NCBI GenBank assembly: GCA_048882505.1
Contig: JBHLRO010000061.1
Location: 1 to 5,662, forward strand
Direction: 5' to 3'
DNA length: 5,662 nt
From: Candidatus Thorarchaeota archaeon
GTDB taxonomy: Archaea; Asgardarchaeota; Heimdallarchaeia; Hodarchaeales; Hodarchaeaceae
Shown here: positions 5,269 to 5,662 of the stretch, piece by piece
Position numbering within the stretch: position 1 is the stretch's first letter
How the letters are laid out: every line of letters begins with the position of its first letter
The notes under the pieces: model-generated
The model's database searches: none
Told to the model about the DNA's origin: nothing
Seen by the model: only the letters and a program-made list of their open reading frames with translations
Made by a program: the position numbers and the translations under genes

Positions 5269-5544
5269 TCTAGAACATTCGATCCAAAAGCCTTTTTAAG
5301 CTGTTTTCTAGATCATTCAATAAAATTCTCGAAAAATATTAAGAAAAATGATCAATTAGCGGCTTTGACTTAACAATAGAAAGGCAAATTGCGAAAAGTA
5401 ATATTACTGATTGGACCGTTAGGACTACTTCGACCAAAAACGGTCGGAAATCTGACCAAGGAAAACTAAATAGTGGTGACTGGCGAATTAAACATGGCTG
5501 CCGAAAGTATTGAACAAATTGATCCTCAGATTGGCGTGTTTCTC

Positions 5545-5552
5545 TATATATA
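5545..5552 (+). promoter_or_regulatory. TATA-box candidate for the Fe-S gene
   Basis: TATATATA about 33 nt upstream of the ATG at 5585, with GGGGA just before the start. Confidence 0.35.
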
Positions 5553-5584
5553 TGGGGATATGATTTATTTACCGGGGATAAAAC

Positions 5585-5662
5585 ATGGATATTAACGAGA
5601 TTAAGAATCAATTGCAGGTATGTTTCTCTTGTGGGACGTGTAGCGGATCCTGTCCCATATTC
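5585..5662 (+). CDS. 5' fragment of a 4Fe-4S (ferredoxin-motif) protein, HdrC/GlpC-like Fe-S oxidoreductase start; truncated by the window edge
   Basis: MDINEIKNQLQVCFSCGTCSGSCPIF contains a complete CxxCxxCxxxCP motif. The frame is open to the last base and has an upstream SD-like GGGGA. Not in the supplied ORF track. Confidence 0.82.
   Translation, partial: MDINEIKNQLQVCFSCGTCSGSCPIF

Noticed and set aside
5389-5396. Self-target candidate: TTGCGAAA equals the first 8 nt of spacer 4
   Set aside because: An 8-nt match is unremarkable in this window and does not extend.
5339-5611. 90-aa - strand ORF
   Set aside because: Overlaps the start and promoter of the Fe-S gene head to head; no family resemblance.
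1-5662. cas genes, mre11/rad50, tRNA/rRNA, transposase or integrase
   Set aside because: No supporting motifs seen; the CRISPR subtype and the host taxon below domain level cannot be assigned from this window.

Overview
Probably an archaeal defence-island segment (BRE/TATA-type promoters, DUF217-type antitoxin, HerA/NurA pair, 37-bp repeats ending ATTGAAAT). Left to right: the trailer end of a CRISPR array (3 repeats, 2 spacers, 1-187, possibly continuing off the window edge); an apparently intact vapB-vapC toxin-antitoxin operon (348-963, +); a second CRISPR mini-array of the same repeat family and orientation in which all 3 repeats are degenerate (1064-1251); and a convergent, translationally coupled two-gene operon on the - strand. 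That operon encodes a winged-HTH + NurA-like protein in which both expected catalytic Asp positions are substituted (2725-4221) and a HerA ATPase with intact core motifs (1265-2725), whose stop codon lies 13 bp from the mini-array. About 1.36 kb without a long ORF follows. It holds a long hairpin carrying a CRISPR-repeat-like half (4335-4401), tandem hairpins, and a possible frameshifted PIN pseudogene (4865-5268). The window ends in the first 26 codons of a CxxCxxCxxxCP 4Fe-4S protein that the ORF track missed (5585-5662). No cas gene is visible. The best candidate for an undescribed system is the wHTH-pseudo-NurA/HerA module abutting the mini-array and VapBC; a functional link between these parts is inference from adjacency only. 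All domain calls are from motif reading by eye, not from database searches.
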